Shown: positions 1 through 11,120 of the stretch, one piece after another | Position numbering within the stretch: the stretch's first letter is position 1 | Layout of the letters: each line of letters opens with the position of its first letter | Assembly (NCBI RefSeq): GCF_004010195.1 | Contig: NC_057711.1 | Span: forward strand, 79,332,866-79,396,865 | Direction of reading: 5' to 3' | Length of the DNA: 64,000 nucleotides | Origin: Chiloscyllium plagiosum | Lineage: Eukaryota | Notes under the pieces: generated by a model | The model's input: the letters and a program-made list of their open reading frames with translations, nothing else | The model's database searches: none | What the model was told of the DNA's origin: nothing | Made by a program: the position numbers and the translations under genes

Positions 1-9
1 GACTCAATG

Positions 10-540
10 AAGAGTGTAGCAAATGCCTAGAGCAGTACCAGGTGTACCTAAAGATAAGGTGCCAATCTCATTGTATACCCAACACCAGAAATGGCATTCC
101 ATATAGAGAATTGTTCCCACATAGATGGATTAAATTTCAGCTCTGTTGTCCCGCAACATATCGTCATGAATGTTGTTGGATGACAAAACAACTCATTGTA
201 CATGTAAGCTCCTACAAATATCCTCATTCTAAACTTTGGGAAGCTGAACACTTCAGTGTAAAAAACAAGGCTAAAGAATTTGCATACAATTTTAACCAGA
301 AGTGCTAAATAGATGATTGATCTCAGCTTGGTCTGCATTACAGACGCCAATCTTCACCCAACTCAATTAATTCCAACTGGTATTAAAAACCACTAAAGGA
401 TATTGGATATTGTAAAGGCTATGGACCCTGACAAGATATTGGCAATGGTACTGAAGATTTGTGCTTCAGAATTAGTCACACCCCTAGGCAAGTTGCTCTT
501 GTACACTGACAGATAACTGGTAAAATGAAAAATTTCCCAA
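10..540 (+). mobile_element. Decayed CR1-clade LINE ORF2 fragment
   Basis: AAGGCTATGGACCCTGACAAGAT..GTACTGAAGATTTGTGCTTCAGAA resembles the K-A-x-G-P-D..L-K-x-C-A-x-E motif at the RT start; many stops. Confidence 0.55.
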
Positions 541-549
541 GTATAAGAT

Positions 550-970
550 AATAGATGTTAAGAAATAAGAACAGGAATAAGCCATTTGTCCCCTTGAGAT
601 TACTCCATTATTCAGTAGGATCAAACTAATCCAACATTCCTCACATCCACTTTCCTGCTTTTCCCCCATGACCCTTAAATCCCTTAATGATCCAGAAGCT
701 ATCTATCTCGGCCTTAAATATACACAGGAACTTTGTTCCCACAACTTTCTGTGGCAAGGAGTTCCAAATACTCACAATCCTTTGAGAGAAGGAATTCCTG
801 CTCATTTCAGTCTTAAATTGGTGTCCTGTTATTCTGAGGCTATGCCCTCTCGACTTAGATTCTACCATGAGGGGAAATATCCTCTCAACATTTAACCTGT
901 CAAGCCCCTAAAGTAGCTTATATATTTTAATTAGATCACCTCTCATTATTCTAAGCTCCAGTGAGTAGAA
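550..970 (-). mobile_element. CR1/HER-type LINE 3' end
   Basis: Minus ORF 641-868 (GHQFKTEMSRNSFSQRIVSIWNSLPQKVV..FKAEIDSF) is the typical CR1 ORF2 C-terminus, followed by 3'UTR. Confidence 0.8.
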
Positions 971-1063
971 TGTCAACAAGGGAGAAGTTAAGAGTGTGAT
1001 GGAATGCTGTGTACATACCTGGATGAGAGTGTATAAGGGAATGTAAGGTTAATGGTGAGAAAT

Positions 1064-1121
1064 GATTAGATTAGATTCCCTACAGTGTGGAAACAGGCCC
1101 TTCGGCCCAACAAGTCCACAC
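1064..1121 (-). mobile_element. HE1 SINE 3' tail; first half of an element resumed at 1695
   Basis: GATTAGATTAGATTCCCTACAGTGTGGAAACAGGCCCTTCGGCCCAACAAGTCCACAC, also seen at 50614 and 51983. Confidence 0.85.
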
Positions 1122-1134
1122 ATTCATGTTTCTT

Positions 1135-1207
1135 GGGCCAGTGGCGTAATAGATAACGCATCTGACTTTGGATCAGAAGAATGTAGGTTCGAGTCCTACC
1201 TGGCTCG
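1135..1207 (+). tRNA. tRNA-Arg-derived sequence with anticodon reading TTG; probable pseudogene
   Basis: 73-nt cloverleaf: acceptor GGGCCAG/CTGGCTC, D stem GCGT/ACGC, anticodon stem TCTGA/TCAGA with loop CT-TTG-GA, T stem GTAGG/CCTAC with TTCGAGT. Body matches vertebrate tRNA-Arg(ACG)-type sequence; G18 changed to A; no T4 terminator. Confidence 0.85.
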
Positions 1208-1262
1208 TGGGGAATGTCTGTGAAGTCCTGTCAGGACGTTGCCTCTGTGATTTCGCATTTAA

Positions 1263-1380
1263 TGTAGTTGGCTAGGTCAGTTAGATTGATGGTTGGTTTA
1301 TAATGCATATTGATGCCCACAGTGGAGGTTCAATTCCTGCTCAGGTTGCTATGAACTGTTCCACTTTGTGACCTCTCCTC
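1263..1380 (+). mobile_element. Degenerate tRNA-derived SINE head fragment
   Basis: A-box-like start and B-box-like GGTTCAATTCC; similar short fragment near 53585. Confidence 0.5.
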
Positions 1381-1384
1381 TTGT

Positions 1385-1693
1385 GGGCTGCACAGTGGCA
1401 CAGTGGTTAGCACTGCTGCCTCACAGCACCAGAGACCCGGGTTCAATTCCCGCCTCAGGCGACTGTGTGGAGTTTGCACGTTCTCCCCGTGTCTGCGTGG
1501 GTTTCCTTCGGGTGCTCCGGTTTCCTCCCACAGTCCAAAGATGTGCAGGTCAGGTGAATTGGTCATGCTAAATTGCCCATAGTGTTAGGTAAGGGGTAAA
1601 TGTAGGGGTATGGGTGGGTTGCGCTTCGGCGGGGCAGTGTAGACTTGTTGGGCCGAAGGGCCTGTTTCCACACTGTAAGTAATCTAATCTAAT
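1385..1693 (+). mobile_element. HE1 SINE, near full length
   Basis: A box GTGGCACAGTGG, B box GGTTCAATTCC, core GTGTGGAGTTTGCACGTTCTCCCCGTGTCTGCGTGGGTTTCC, LINE-derived tail ending (AATCT)n. Confidence 0.92.
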
Positions 1694-1694
1694 G

Positions 1695-1941
1695 CTCCAA
1701 AGAATAAGCCACCCAGACCCATTTCTCTCTGACTAACAGTATGGTAATTTAGCTTTGGCCAATTCTCCTGACCTGCACATCTTTGGCCCATGGGAGGAAA
1801 CCGGAGCACCCGGAGGAAACCCACACAGACACATGGAGAATGTGCAAACTCCACACAGACAGCTGCTTGAGGCTGGAATCGAAGCCCGGTCCCTGGCGCT
1901 ATGAGGCAGCAGTGTTAACCACTGAGCCACTGTGCCACCCC
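1695..1941 (-). mobile_element. HE1 SINE body and head (continuation of 1064-1121)
   Basis: Resumes the consensus at CTCC..AAGA.TAA.CCACCCAGACCCATT and ends at the head ..CCACTGTGCCACCC. Confidence 0.88.
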
Positions 1942-2229
1942 AATGCATTGAGTACTGCCTAGTACGATAATGCCCCTTAGAATTAGTCAGGGGTTCTCCA
2001 TCATTGTCTTAATTACAATGTAAGGTATACCTAGTAACTATCTTGCAATAAACTCTGCCTTGTTTAAGACAAGCCCTCACTTCTCATTAGACTACCAGGT
2101 AATTTTTCTCTCCTGTATTTGGCAAAACAAACCCCTATAGATTACTACCAGGAATGAGGAAGATGTAGATCATCTACCAGGTGGATTTTACACCATGGTT
2201 AGCTCTGCAGAGGATTCATCTTACAACAC

Positions 2230-2670
2230 CAACAACTCTCAACACTATCTACCACAAGGCAATGAGCTTGATTGGTGCCCCATCTACCACCTTAAACCTT
2301 CAGTCCCTCCAATACTGATGTTTCATGGTTGTAGTTTGTATGGTCTACAAGACATGCTTCAGAAACACATCAAGATTCCATCGACAATGCATTTCGAATC
2401 TGCAACCTCCATCATGAAGAACAAGGCAGCAGATGAATGGGATGAATGCACTATTTGCAATTTCCTCTCCAAGTTATTTATCATCCTGACTTGGAATGAT
2501 ATTATCTTTCGTTCAATGCACTGGGTCAAGATTCTGGTACTCCCTTCCTAACAGAACTAACACCCTATGAACTGCAGCAGTTCAAGAAGACTGTTCATTA
2601 ACAACCTGCCAACTGGAGTTAAGAATTTGTAATAAATGTACAGCCCATCGTGCCCACAACCCAAAAAAGA
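2230..2670 (+). mobile_element. Decayed LINE 3' region (same family as 10670-11120)
   Basis: Shared motifs ACTGCAGCAGTTCAAGAAG and ..ATAAATG.. with 10670-11120. Confidence 0.6.
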
Positions 2671-2699
2671 ATAAATTGAGAAAAAGTAAAATTGTATGT

Positions 2700-3380
2700 C
2701 CAAATTTATTGTAAAGAGATGCGCAGTGTTAAAATAAGAAGGTCTTGTAGCAATTATATAGGGCTTTAGTGAGATCATACCTGGAATATTGTGTACTGTT
2801 TTGGACTCCCCCGCCCTCCTCGAAATGATATAGTTGCCTTATTCAGGGTGCAATAAAGGTTCAGGAGATCGATTCTGGGGATGACAGGACCATTCCTCAA
2901 GGACAGTATGAATGAAATTGGCTCATGTTCTCTGGAATTTAGAACAACAACAGGTGATCTTACTGAAATTCTTAGCCGATAATGAGATGTTGTTTCCCCT
3001 GGCTGCAGAATCTCTGATTAAGTGGTCCTAATATTGAAATAAAAGGCTAATCTTTTGGACTGTGGTGAAGATAAATATCTTCACTCAGTGGAATGTGAGT
3101 CCTTGAAATGTTCATCCCCAAATATGGCATATTTTTAATTGTTGAGTATATTCAAGTCTTGGGATGGTGAGAGGCAAGAGTGCCACATCAAGTGACATCA
3201 AATAGACTGTCAATTCTCCTGAAGAGACAGCCCACTGAGTAATTATCTATGTGATGCAAATGGGTTCCTTCAATGATAAGGGGATAGAGTTGATTTAAAT
3301 CTCATCCACGGTCTGACTGAATTGCATAACAAAGCAAGGGACCAAAGACTTTGCCTCTGCTCCATTTCCTATGTTCTTAA
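2700..3380 (+). mobile_element. Decayed CR1 LINE 3' portion
   Basis: CTGGAATATTGTGTACTGTTTTGG (LEYCV.FW motif); tail ..TTCCTATGTTCTT. Confidence 0.7.
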
Positions 3381-3925
3381 ACTGTAAATTTGTGTGTGCA
3401 AATCAGGTTTTTGTGTAAAGGGATTATTGCCTGAATGTTCTGATGGCCATACAGCCATTATTTCAGCATAAGTAAGGAGTTACACATGGAATCTCGGCAG
3501 AATCCCTATTTGAGCAGACTTCAGAAATTTAAGATTCCATTGGACAATTTCTATCCACCTGGAACATTTAAATCAGAGACTGTGGAAGGTTCTGATGAAG
3601 GTAATTAAAGTAGTTACACTAGAAAAGTTAGACTATCAAATACATAGCTAATTCCTGAATAACCATTCAATAGACCCCAACCCCATGCTTGCCTTATTCA
3701 TGCCCAACACATATACCACAGATGTCTTACATCCCCAGTCCCTGACATAACAACCCTTCCTCCCTACTCCATAACCCCTTCTTCTGCCACTGGACCTGAC
3801 CTGACCCAACCTGCCTAGGGCAGCCAAAGGTGGGTATGAGATATTGGGTCTGGTGGTAGGCAAGGAGGGTGAGTGTTGGGTCTGGGAGGTTCTGGTCCGT
3901 TGGCAAAGGCAGGAAGGGAGTATTT

Positions 3926-4114
3926 ATAGAATCATAGAATCCCTACAGTTTGAAAACAGGCCCTTTGGCCCAACAAGTCCACACTGATCTTCCACCCAGA
4001 CCCATTCTCTGATCCTAATACTCTACATTTCCCCTGACTAATGCACCTAACACATTCCTGAACACTATGGGCAATTTAGTATGAACAATTCGCCTAACCT
4101 GCACATCTTTGGAC
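3926..4114 (-). mobile_element. HE1 SINE, 5'-truncated
   Basis: ATAGAATCCCTACAG..GGCCCAACAAGTCCACAC..CTAACCTGCACATCTTTGGAC. Confidence 0.85.
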
Positions 4115-4759
4115 ATTTTGATGGGAAGTCAAATGCCAGATATTGGCCCTCCATATGTCAATTACACTGCTGGCAGTTTTTAAGCATCGTGTTAGAATCT
4201 CCTTCCAAGGCACAATGTCCCCTGATGCCGTAGGATGTTCTACTCTAGGCCATCAATTTGACAGCTCTCCTGCCAATCAACTATTTGATGGCAGGACCAT
4301 GGGACAGGGTGTGAGTAGCAATATTATACAATGCTATTTCCGTGGACATGACACCATTGCAACAAAAATACTCACCCCCTTATTTTCTAGCTGTAATTGG
4401 GATTAGCCTATCAATGTTAGCATTCTTGGTGAAATGCATTACTGACCGATGTGGTTTTTAGATGTAACACTGAACGTAAAACACTGAAATCACACATTGT
4501 GTCAGGTAGTGTCCAAGGAGAGAGAGCAAGCTAATGTTTTGACACTAAATGACTCTGCATTAGAGCTCTGCTGTGAATCTGCATTACTGTCTTAAAGTAT
4601 ACTGCCTATCTTGTCTGGGGTCTATGTAATAATACATAATTGCATTTTCCTTTAATGAATGGGATCCCCCTTTCTAATAAACATGTACTAATATGCATGA
4701 TATATTATCTCCATACATTAAGATAACATGTGGTAAACACTCAATATCACCAGACAAAG

Positions 4760-6700
4760 TCCTTATGCAGTCATGAGGACTTAGCTGTGTAGCTCCAATT
4801 TGCGTGTTCTATCTGTCACCACAGATGGATGTGTACCATTTGTTGTAGATATGTGTTTGCTGTCTGGCATAACATTATACTTTCAGTATTGGATTGATCA
4901 TCTTGTGTGATGGGTGATTGAACATTTCAGATATGTTGACCATTTAATTACAGAATTTGATGATTGATCATTATAATGCCATCTGACCGCGGCAGGACAC
5001 AAAACTGTCTTCTCTTCCAAGAATGCATTTTGTCACATGACAATCTCAAAGTTTTATATAATATCCTAGTTCAAGTTTATATATTGTCCTAGGAAAATAA
5101 ATTACCTGCTTGTTCGTTATGGTCTTCTACCAGTTTTCCCATCTCTCCAATAATGTACATGTGTTTGGCGAGTAAGAGAGTGTGAAAGAAAACTGTGTGA
5201 ATCTGTCTCCCTAACATGACTGGTGAGGGTAGATCATTGTTTTGAGGAGTAGCATGTAGAATTATCATTATTGTCCAAAAATCTTGGAAGTTATTTTATA
5301 GATGACTCTCATGAATTTTACAAAAGAGACAGTGCATTCTGCGACTGCTAGAATAGGGTACTTGATATGACAAGGTAACAAATTGTGGACTCCTCATTTC
5401 CTGCACATGTCTGGAATGGGCCCCTGGTGCACTGCAGACTTCTATCAGATACAATTTGTTGGAGAACACTGAACTTACTGAACGTGGTGGTCAAGTTTCA
5501 ACAACCATTGCATTGTTGCTATCTTTGATTTGTTGTGAAGAAGAGAATTTAATTAAGTAGTCAGTGACCAATACATAATCAATTCTTGGATTTGGAAAAT
5601 ATCAGTGACAGTCTTGCTCCATGGCTCAGAAGAAATTTCATGTGGAATGAGAGGTTCTCTCAATTGCTGAGGCTGATGCGGTATATCTGTGTCACACAAC
5701 TTGAATAATTGTTCAATGTCTTTATTGATGCTGGAGCAACAGATGGACTCAAGCCAATCTTTTTTCTGTGCCTATGTAATCTATATGTATACAGTTCAAA
5801 ATGTTTTACGCCACAGTGTGTGGAATTGTCACTTGACTGCCTTTTAAAATTATACTCCTGGTGAGTCCTAGTTTGTTTCTAAATGGCCAGAAAGAATGAG
5901 TTACCTTGGGGATATATTGAATATACTTAGGTACCCACTGAGGAGGATGTTTTTGTATCTTACAGTTGGGTCATCATCATGATGAGGCTTGTTGAATCTG
6001 CTCTGCTTGGCTGTGAGAAAAATGCATGAGATCAATGTTGACTATTTTCAACTCTGATTCAATACCATTAATTTGTAGGTCCAAAGGAATGTCTTTTTTC
6101 TTGGTGAGATTTGAAAGTCAGCGGAGAACATCAAAACCAGTCATTTTGGAACCTGGCTTGTATTGTAATTTGGAGTTGCAGAAGAGCCCTTGTGAGTAGC
6201 TTTCAACAGATCATTTCCAATTGTTTATGGTCAGTATGAATAAGGAAATGTTTGCTGAATAGATATGTGTGAAACTGTTAAGCTCCAAAAACTAGAACAA
6301 GAGATTCCCTTTTATTGTTGGAATAGTTTCCCTGAGCCTTCATAAAGACCATAGGACCAACTGCAACATAAGCTGAGGCCTTTCTGGGATGCATCTACTT
6401 TCAATGTGACACAGTATTCTTAGAGGGATTATAGTACTGAAATCCTCATTTGCTCAACGATCAAGTATTTTTGGGAGATTTAAAAATATGCTGGTGATCT
6501 TCCTGCCCCCCCATTTATTGGAAGGACTGAACTATACCAGAATTCAGCCAAGTGTCAATTTCAGAGCATTTCATAAAAGATTTTTCTCAGGATGGTCTGG
6601 CAAGTTTTCTCACATTATCATCCCCAAATTGCCTCATTAACTATGTATCACATCTCAATGGCACACTGTTTGTACAATGCTAGCCCAGATCTTCCACTCA
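4760..6700 (-). mobile_element. Highly decayed RTE-like LINE
   Basis: Scattered resemblance to RTE endonuclease/RT coding sequence on the minus strand; no long ORF; boundaries approximate. Confidence 0.4.
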
Positions 6701-6726
6701 CCTTAGGTATATCCAGGATATCCCAG

Positions 6727-6899
6727 GGTCCCTGGCACGAGCATCATCTTTGAACCCTAGCTGTGTACCTAATCAAAAATTGGCAGTCTGGAATTGCCCT
6801 TCATTGTGCACATTGCAGGATAGTAAACCTAACCAACATTTCTTAAGGCATACATGGTTGACACTCCCTCGCACATTCCTACACCAATTGCTGTTTAAG
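6727..6899 (+). repeat. 173-bp direct repeat, copy 1
   Basis: Identical to 7998-8170 except two substitutions. Confidence 0.95.
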
Positions 6900-7304
6900 T
6901 TTAACTCTCCTCAGATACATTGCATCTCGAAATCACTGCAACTCTTTCCCCAAAGCCCACTGTAGCCCATCAGCTTATCAGTGCTTGTCATGGAGCCATC
7001 ACATGCAGGAAAGCATGCGAATACTTCAAGGTCGTCATTTTTTTTCACCAACACAACAGCTAACAAAACAAATAAACAAACAATCAGAAGCTGCATATAC
7101 CTCTCAGAACAGAAACAGACTGCTTATCTTCAAGCAACAATGAGTGATCATTGTACTCAACTCTCATCTACTGGAGCTGGGTATCTACTAAATCCTGTTT
7201 ATGGTAGTGCCTGACACTACAGCACTCTATCAATGCAGAACGTGGTATTTTACCTGCTCAATGTCCTTATTTTCCTCCTCAGAAGACCATTCTCACTCTT
7301 CCAA

Positions 7305-8010
7305 CTAGTCAGCTTCCATCACATCCATTTTTAGTTGTTCCAATTGTACAAAGCACAACATTCCGGGGTTATGCAGCACACTCTGTCTAAGTGTACTACA
7401 AGGTCTCCCCAGACAGTGGAACCTCATCTGTGGGCGGCCTGTCATTTGCTCCACCATGGACCTGGTTGAAAAATGAGCTGCACTATAATCACATTGGGCC
7501 TCAGTTAGAGGTTGCATAATGTAGTCATCAGTTACGGTCACAGTGGGCAGCTCCTGTTCCTCAGTAACCTCCTTGCAAGGCATCCGACCCCTCAGAATCA
7601 AGAGGAACATGAGAGTTGTCAAAGATTTGGGATTATGGCAGCTCCCAGGCATGTGGCACAGATTTTGAGGATGCAAAACTGATGATCACAGGTGAGTTTC
7701 ACATTTATGGAATAGAGTCCTTTTTTTACTAATTAACTCAGCTGCATTATGATATGAAGTAAAACCAATGACTGCAGATGCTGGAAACCATATTCTGGAT
7801 CAGTGGTGCTGGAAGAGCACAGCAACACAGTGTATGTACAGTCAACTGTGCCCTGCACTTGGGGGAAGCCAGCTCTGTTGACTAAGCTTACTGCTCAGAC
7901 TGAAGCATTTACCTGACCACAGGGAAATAAGATAAACTGGTGGGACCTTACCCAAACTGCATTGGTAGTGGCCTTGAGGATTGTAAGATCTCACACAGGT
8001 CCCTGGCACG
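7305..8010 (-). pseudogene. PIF/Harbinger (HARBI1-like) DDE transposase remnant
   Basis: Minus-strand translations in order: RDLCEI, AGFPQVQGTVDCTY, KGLYSINVKLTCDH, PGSCH, PLTEAQCDYSAAHFSTRSMVEQMTG..MRFHCL. Frameshifted and interrupted by a short PLE-tail fragment near 7760-7830. Confidence 0.85.
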
Positions 8011-8170
8011 AGCATCATCTTTGAACCCTAGCTGTGTACATAATCAAAAATTGGCAGTCTGGAATTGCCCTTCATTGTGCACATTGCAGGATAGTAAACC
8101 TAACCAACATTTCTTAGGGCATACATGGTTGACACTCCCTCGCACATTCCTACACCAATTGCTGTTTAAG
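7998..8170 (+). repeat. 173-bp direct repeat, copy 2
   Basis: See 6727-6899. Confidence 0.95.
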
Positions 8171-9204
8171 CTCCTTGGAAGGAGCAGTTGCATAAAATTT
8201 CAACAACACCTATCAACTTCACCAGGAAAGGATGGTCATTCATTCACAGACCCCACTCCAGCACCCAATATAGTTCTGTGACAGTGTCCAGGACATCCAC
8301 AGTCTATGGTGATTCTGCATCTCACTCATTTAGTGGAAATGGCATCGAGAATGGTCCTCCTGTACTTCCTCCATATCTATCAGGGCCCTTTGTCAAGAAC
8401 CTTTTTATGTGGAAGTTGTTTTGGTCTTAGGCTTGCAAGCAGATATTTTCTTTTCAATCTCCTTGAATGTTTGTTGCATTACAGCATTTGTGACAATAAT
8501 GTCCAATGTGGCTGGATCCATTAGTTACGGTTCCATGCACTTGTGGAAGGTACTCCTTTGCAATGTCAGCAGTCACATCACACAAGCATGACAACTTAGC
8601 ATACCCTTCCTATACCATGTGATGTAGACAGCTCTGACAAGAAAGGCTATGGAAGGCCATAACACTTTGGTATTGTGCCTTATTCCTATGAATACAACAC
8701 CAGTCATGTCACAAAGGTGTAGGTGGAGATTTTAGGGCTGCAGCACACTGAAGCCTTGTGCTCCCAGCTCCATATCTCTCAAGAAACACATAATTTCAGA
8801 TAAGAATATGTTTCATTATCCTCACAGTTCAAGCTCAAATGAAATCAGTTCTGTGCCTCTGTGATTTATATTATCTTTGCACTTTGTGGCCCATGGCTTT
8901 CACATTGAAAGTCACCTGTGGTTACTTATGCTTCACAGAGAGAACTATCTTCAATCTACAATGACCAATTATAGGGTTGAGATTGCTTGTGACAAGCACT
9001 TGCACATCATACACTTTTACACTGCATGTATTTCACATGCACAATCATGTGATCATGAATTACTTCAACCTATGCTGGACAAGTGCATGATTGATGCTAA
9101 TGCCCATTGAAAGGCCACACGTCCATCAAAAGTGAATCCCACATGTTGGGACAGAAAACTCACTCTGGGTCTGGTCACAGCTATTTCCATTCACAGTTTG
9201 CATT

Positions 9205-9665
9205 TAAAACCATAGAAACCAGGAAGAGGAATTGGTCAGTTGTCTTTTGAACCTGTTCCACCATTCAAAAATTATCATGGCTGATCCTCTATCTCAATAT
9301 CATGTCCCTGCTTTCGACAAAACCTCGACAAGCCTTGAAAATCTCAACATTTAACATTTTCTTTCTTTAAATAATTTCAGAAATTTGACCTTCATAGCCT
9401 TCTTTTGTAGAGAATTCCACAGGTTCACAACCCTTTGAGTAAAAAACAAATCTCTAAATGGTCCAAAATGGTCTACCCCATATCCTGAAACTGCATACTC
9501 TTGGCTCGAGTCTTTAACTAGAGTAAAATCTGCCCTGTATCTAGTCTGTCCAGCCCTGGTAAGATTTTAAATGTTTCAATCAGATTCCTTCTCATCCTTC
9601 TAAACTCTAGTAAATACAGGCCGAGTCAAACCAATCTCTCCTCAGAGGAAAATCATTTGTCTTGC
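9205..9665 (-). mobile_element. CR1 LINE 3' end
   Basis: CCATAGAAACCAGGAAGAGGA..CCATTCAAAAATTATCATGGCTGATC..GAATTCCACAGGTTCACAACCCT. Confidence 0.75.
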
Positions 9666-9669
9666 AATC

Positions 9670-10480
9670 AGATTGTTTCGCCTATCTGTCTACTTTCACT
9701 GACTGGTATATTAAGACACGCAGAATATTTTGTATGTCTTTAGGTGTCGAAAGATGGCACTTGCAGATTGAGTGCAATGTTGAATCTCTGCATCAATGTC
9801 AGCTTTAGATGTGGGCTAGTTTCCCAGCTTTCCCAGGAAAGTATTCCACGTTTATGAGGATTTCTCCATTGATCTTAATGGAAGGGTGGATTGAAACTTG
9901 ACCTGGGACAGGTTAGTCAGGATTTTGAAGTTGAGGTTGAGCCTAATTCTTCAGGATGCTTCGCCAAAGGCATTAAGTAAGACTTGGAGATTCTCTTCCA
10001 AGACAGCAGAGATGATATTGTCATTCACATGCTGAGGTTCTACAGTTCAGACTAGGAATGCTTTCTTCTTGGATTTCAACCGGTTGAGGTTGAAATGTTT
10101 TCTGTCCATCTACAGACAATGTCCACATCACTGCAAAGCTTGTTCTTGACAAGATGAGGAATAGTGGTGATGAAGATGGAGATAAGGGTGGGGTGATGAT
10201 ATATTGATCCCTGCCTTGACCTCAAAGGATTCTGTTATATGACCACGGTGTAGATCATTGCCGATATCTTGTTGTGGAGGAGACAGAGGATGTTGATAAA
10301 TTTCACTTGCATAGCTGGCCTTTGACAAGGTCTTCCATAACTTCCAGATTAACAGAGCCAAAAGTCTTAGATTGATGAGGCCATGTAGAAGCTCTGAGTG
10401 TTCACTATGTGCTGGCCCTTGTAATGAATATCAAAAGGTTAGGTTGTTGCTGAGACAAATGTCTTGAGCTTTATTAACAA
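9670..10480 (-). mobile_element. RTE-clade LINE RT fragment
   Basis: ORF 10128-10361 (LWKTLSK...ITESFEVKAG) resembles the RTE RT segment LW.IL.K..TE.F.VK.G. Confidence 0.6.
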
Positions 10481-10669
10481 CAATAATTACATTACTCTCA
10501 GATAGTCTGGAGTTTGCGCTTAATGACAAGATAGAGCTAAGATAGAGAAATGGCAAGAAGGCTATTACTGTTAGTACTGCTATTGCTGCTGCAGGTGCGA
10601 CAAGCATCTTTATACTGGAAAATCACACATTGTGAAACCATTTGACTATCTTAAAGGTGAATTGCCTTT

Positions 10670-11120
10670 AAGTGTGATGGAATACCCCCCACTTTCCTGG
10701 ATGGGTGCGGCTCCAACAACACTCAAGACCATCCAGCAGTCCACTTGATTAGCACCACATCCACAAGTGTTCACTCCCTCCACCACCGACGCTCACAAGC
10801 AGCAGTGTGCATTATCTACAAGATGCACTGCAGAAATTCACCAAAGACAGCAAATTCAAAACCAACGACTACTTTAATCTCGAAGGACAAGGGTAGCAGA
10901 TACATGGGAACACCACCACCTTCAAGTTCCCCTCCAGGTCACTTACCATCCTGACTGGGTCAAAATCCTAGAATTCCCAACCTAATGGCATTATGGGTCA
11001 AACCATAGCAGGTGGACTGCAGCAGTTCAAGAAGGCAGCTCACCATCACCAACTTCTCAAGGACACCTAGGGACAGACAATAAATGCTGGCCAGCCAGTG
11101 ACATCCACATCTCACAAAAT
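10670..11120 (+). mobile_element. LINE 3' region (CR1-clade)
   Basis: AGTGTGATGGAATAC..CACTCCCTCCACCACCG..GGACTGCAGCAGTTCAAGAAGGCAGCTCACC..AATAAATGCTGGCC. Confidence 0.75.

Noticed and set aside
1330..1948. Recurrent short ORFs such as VAQWLALLPHS
   Set aside because: Translations of HE1 SINE copies.
3588..3625. CTGATGA motif as a hammerhead
   Set aside because: No convincing stem II or GAAAC-NUH arrangement follows.
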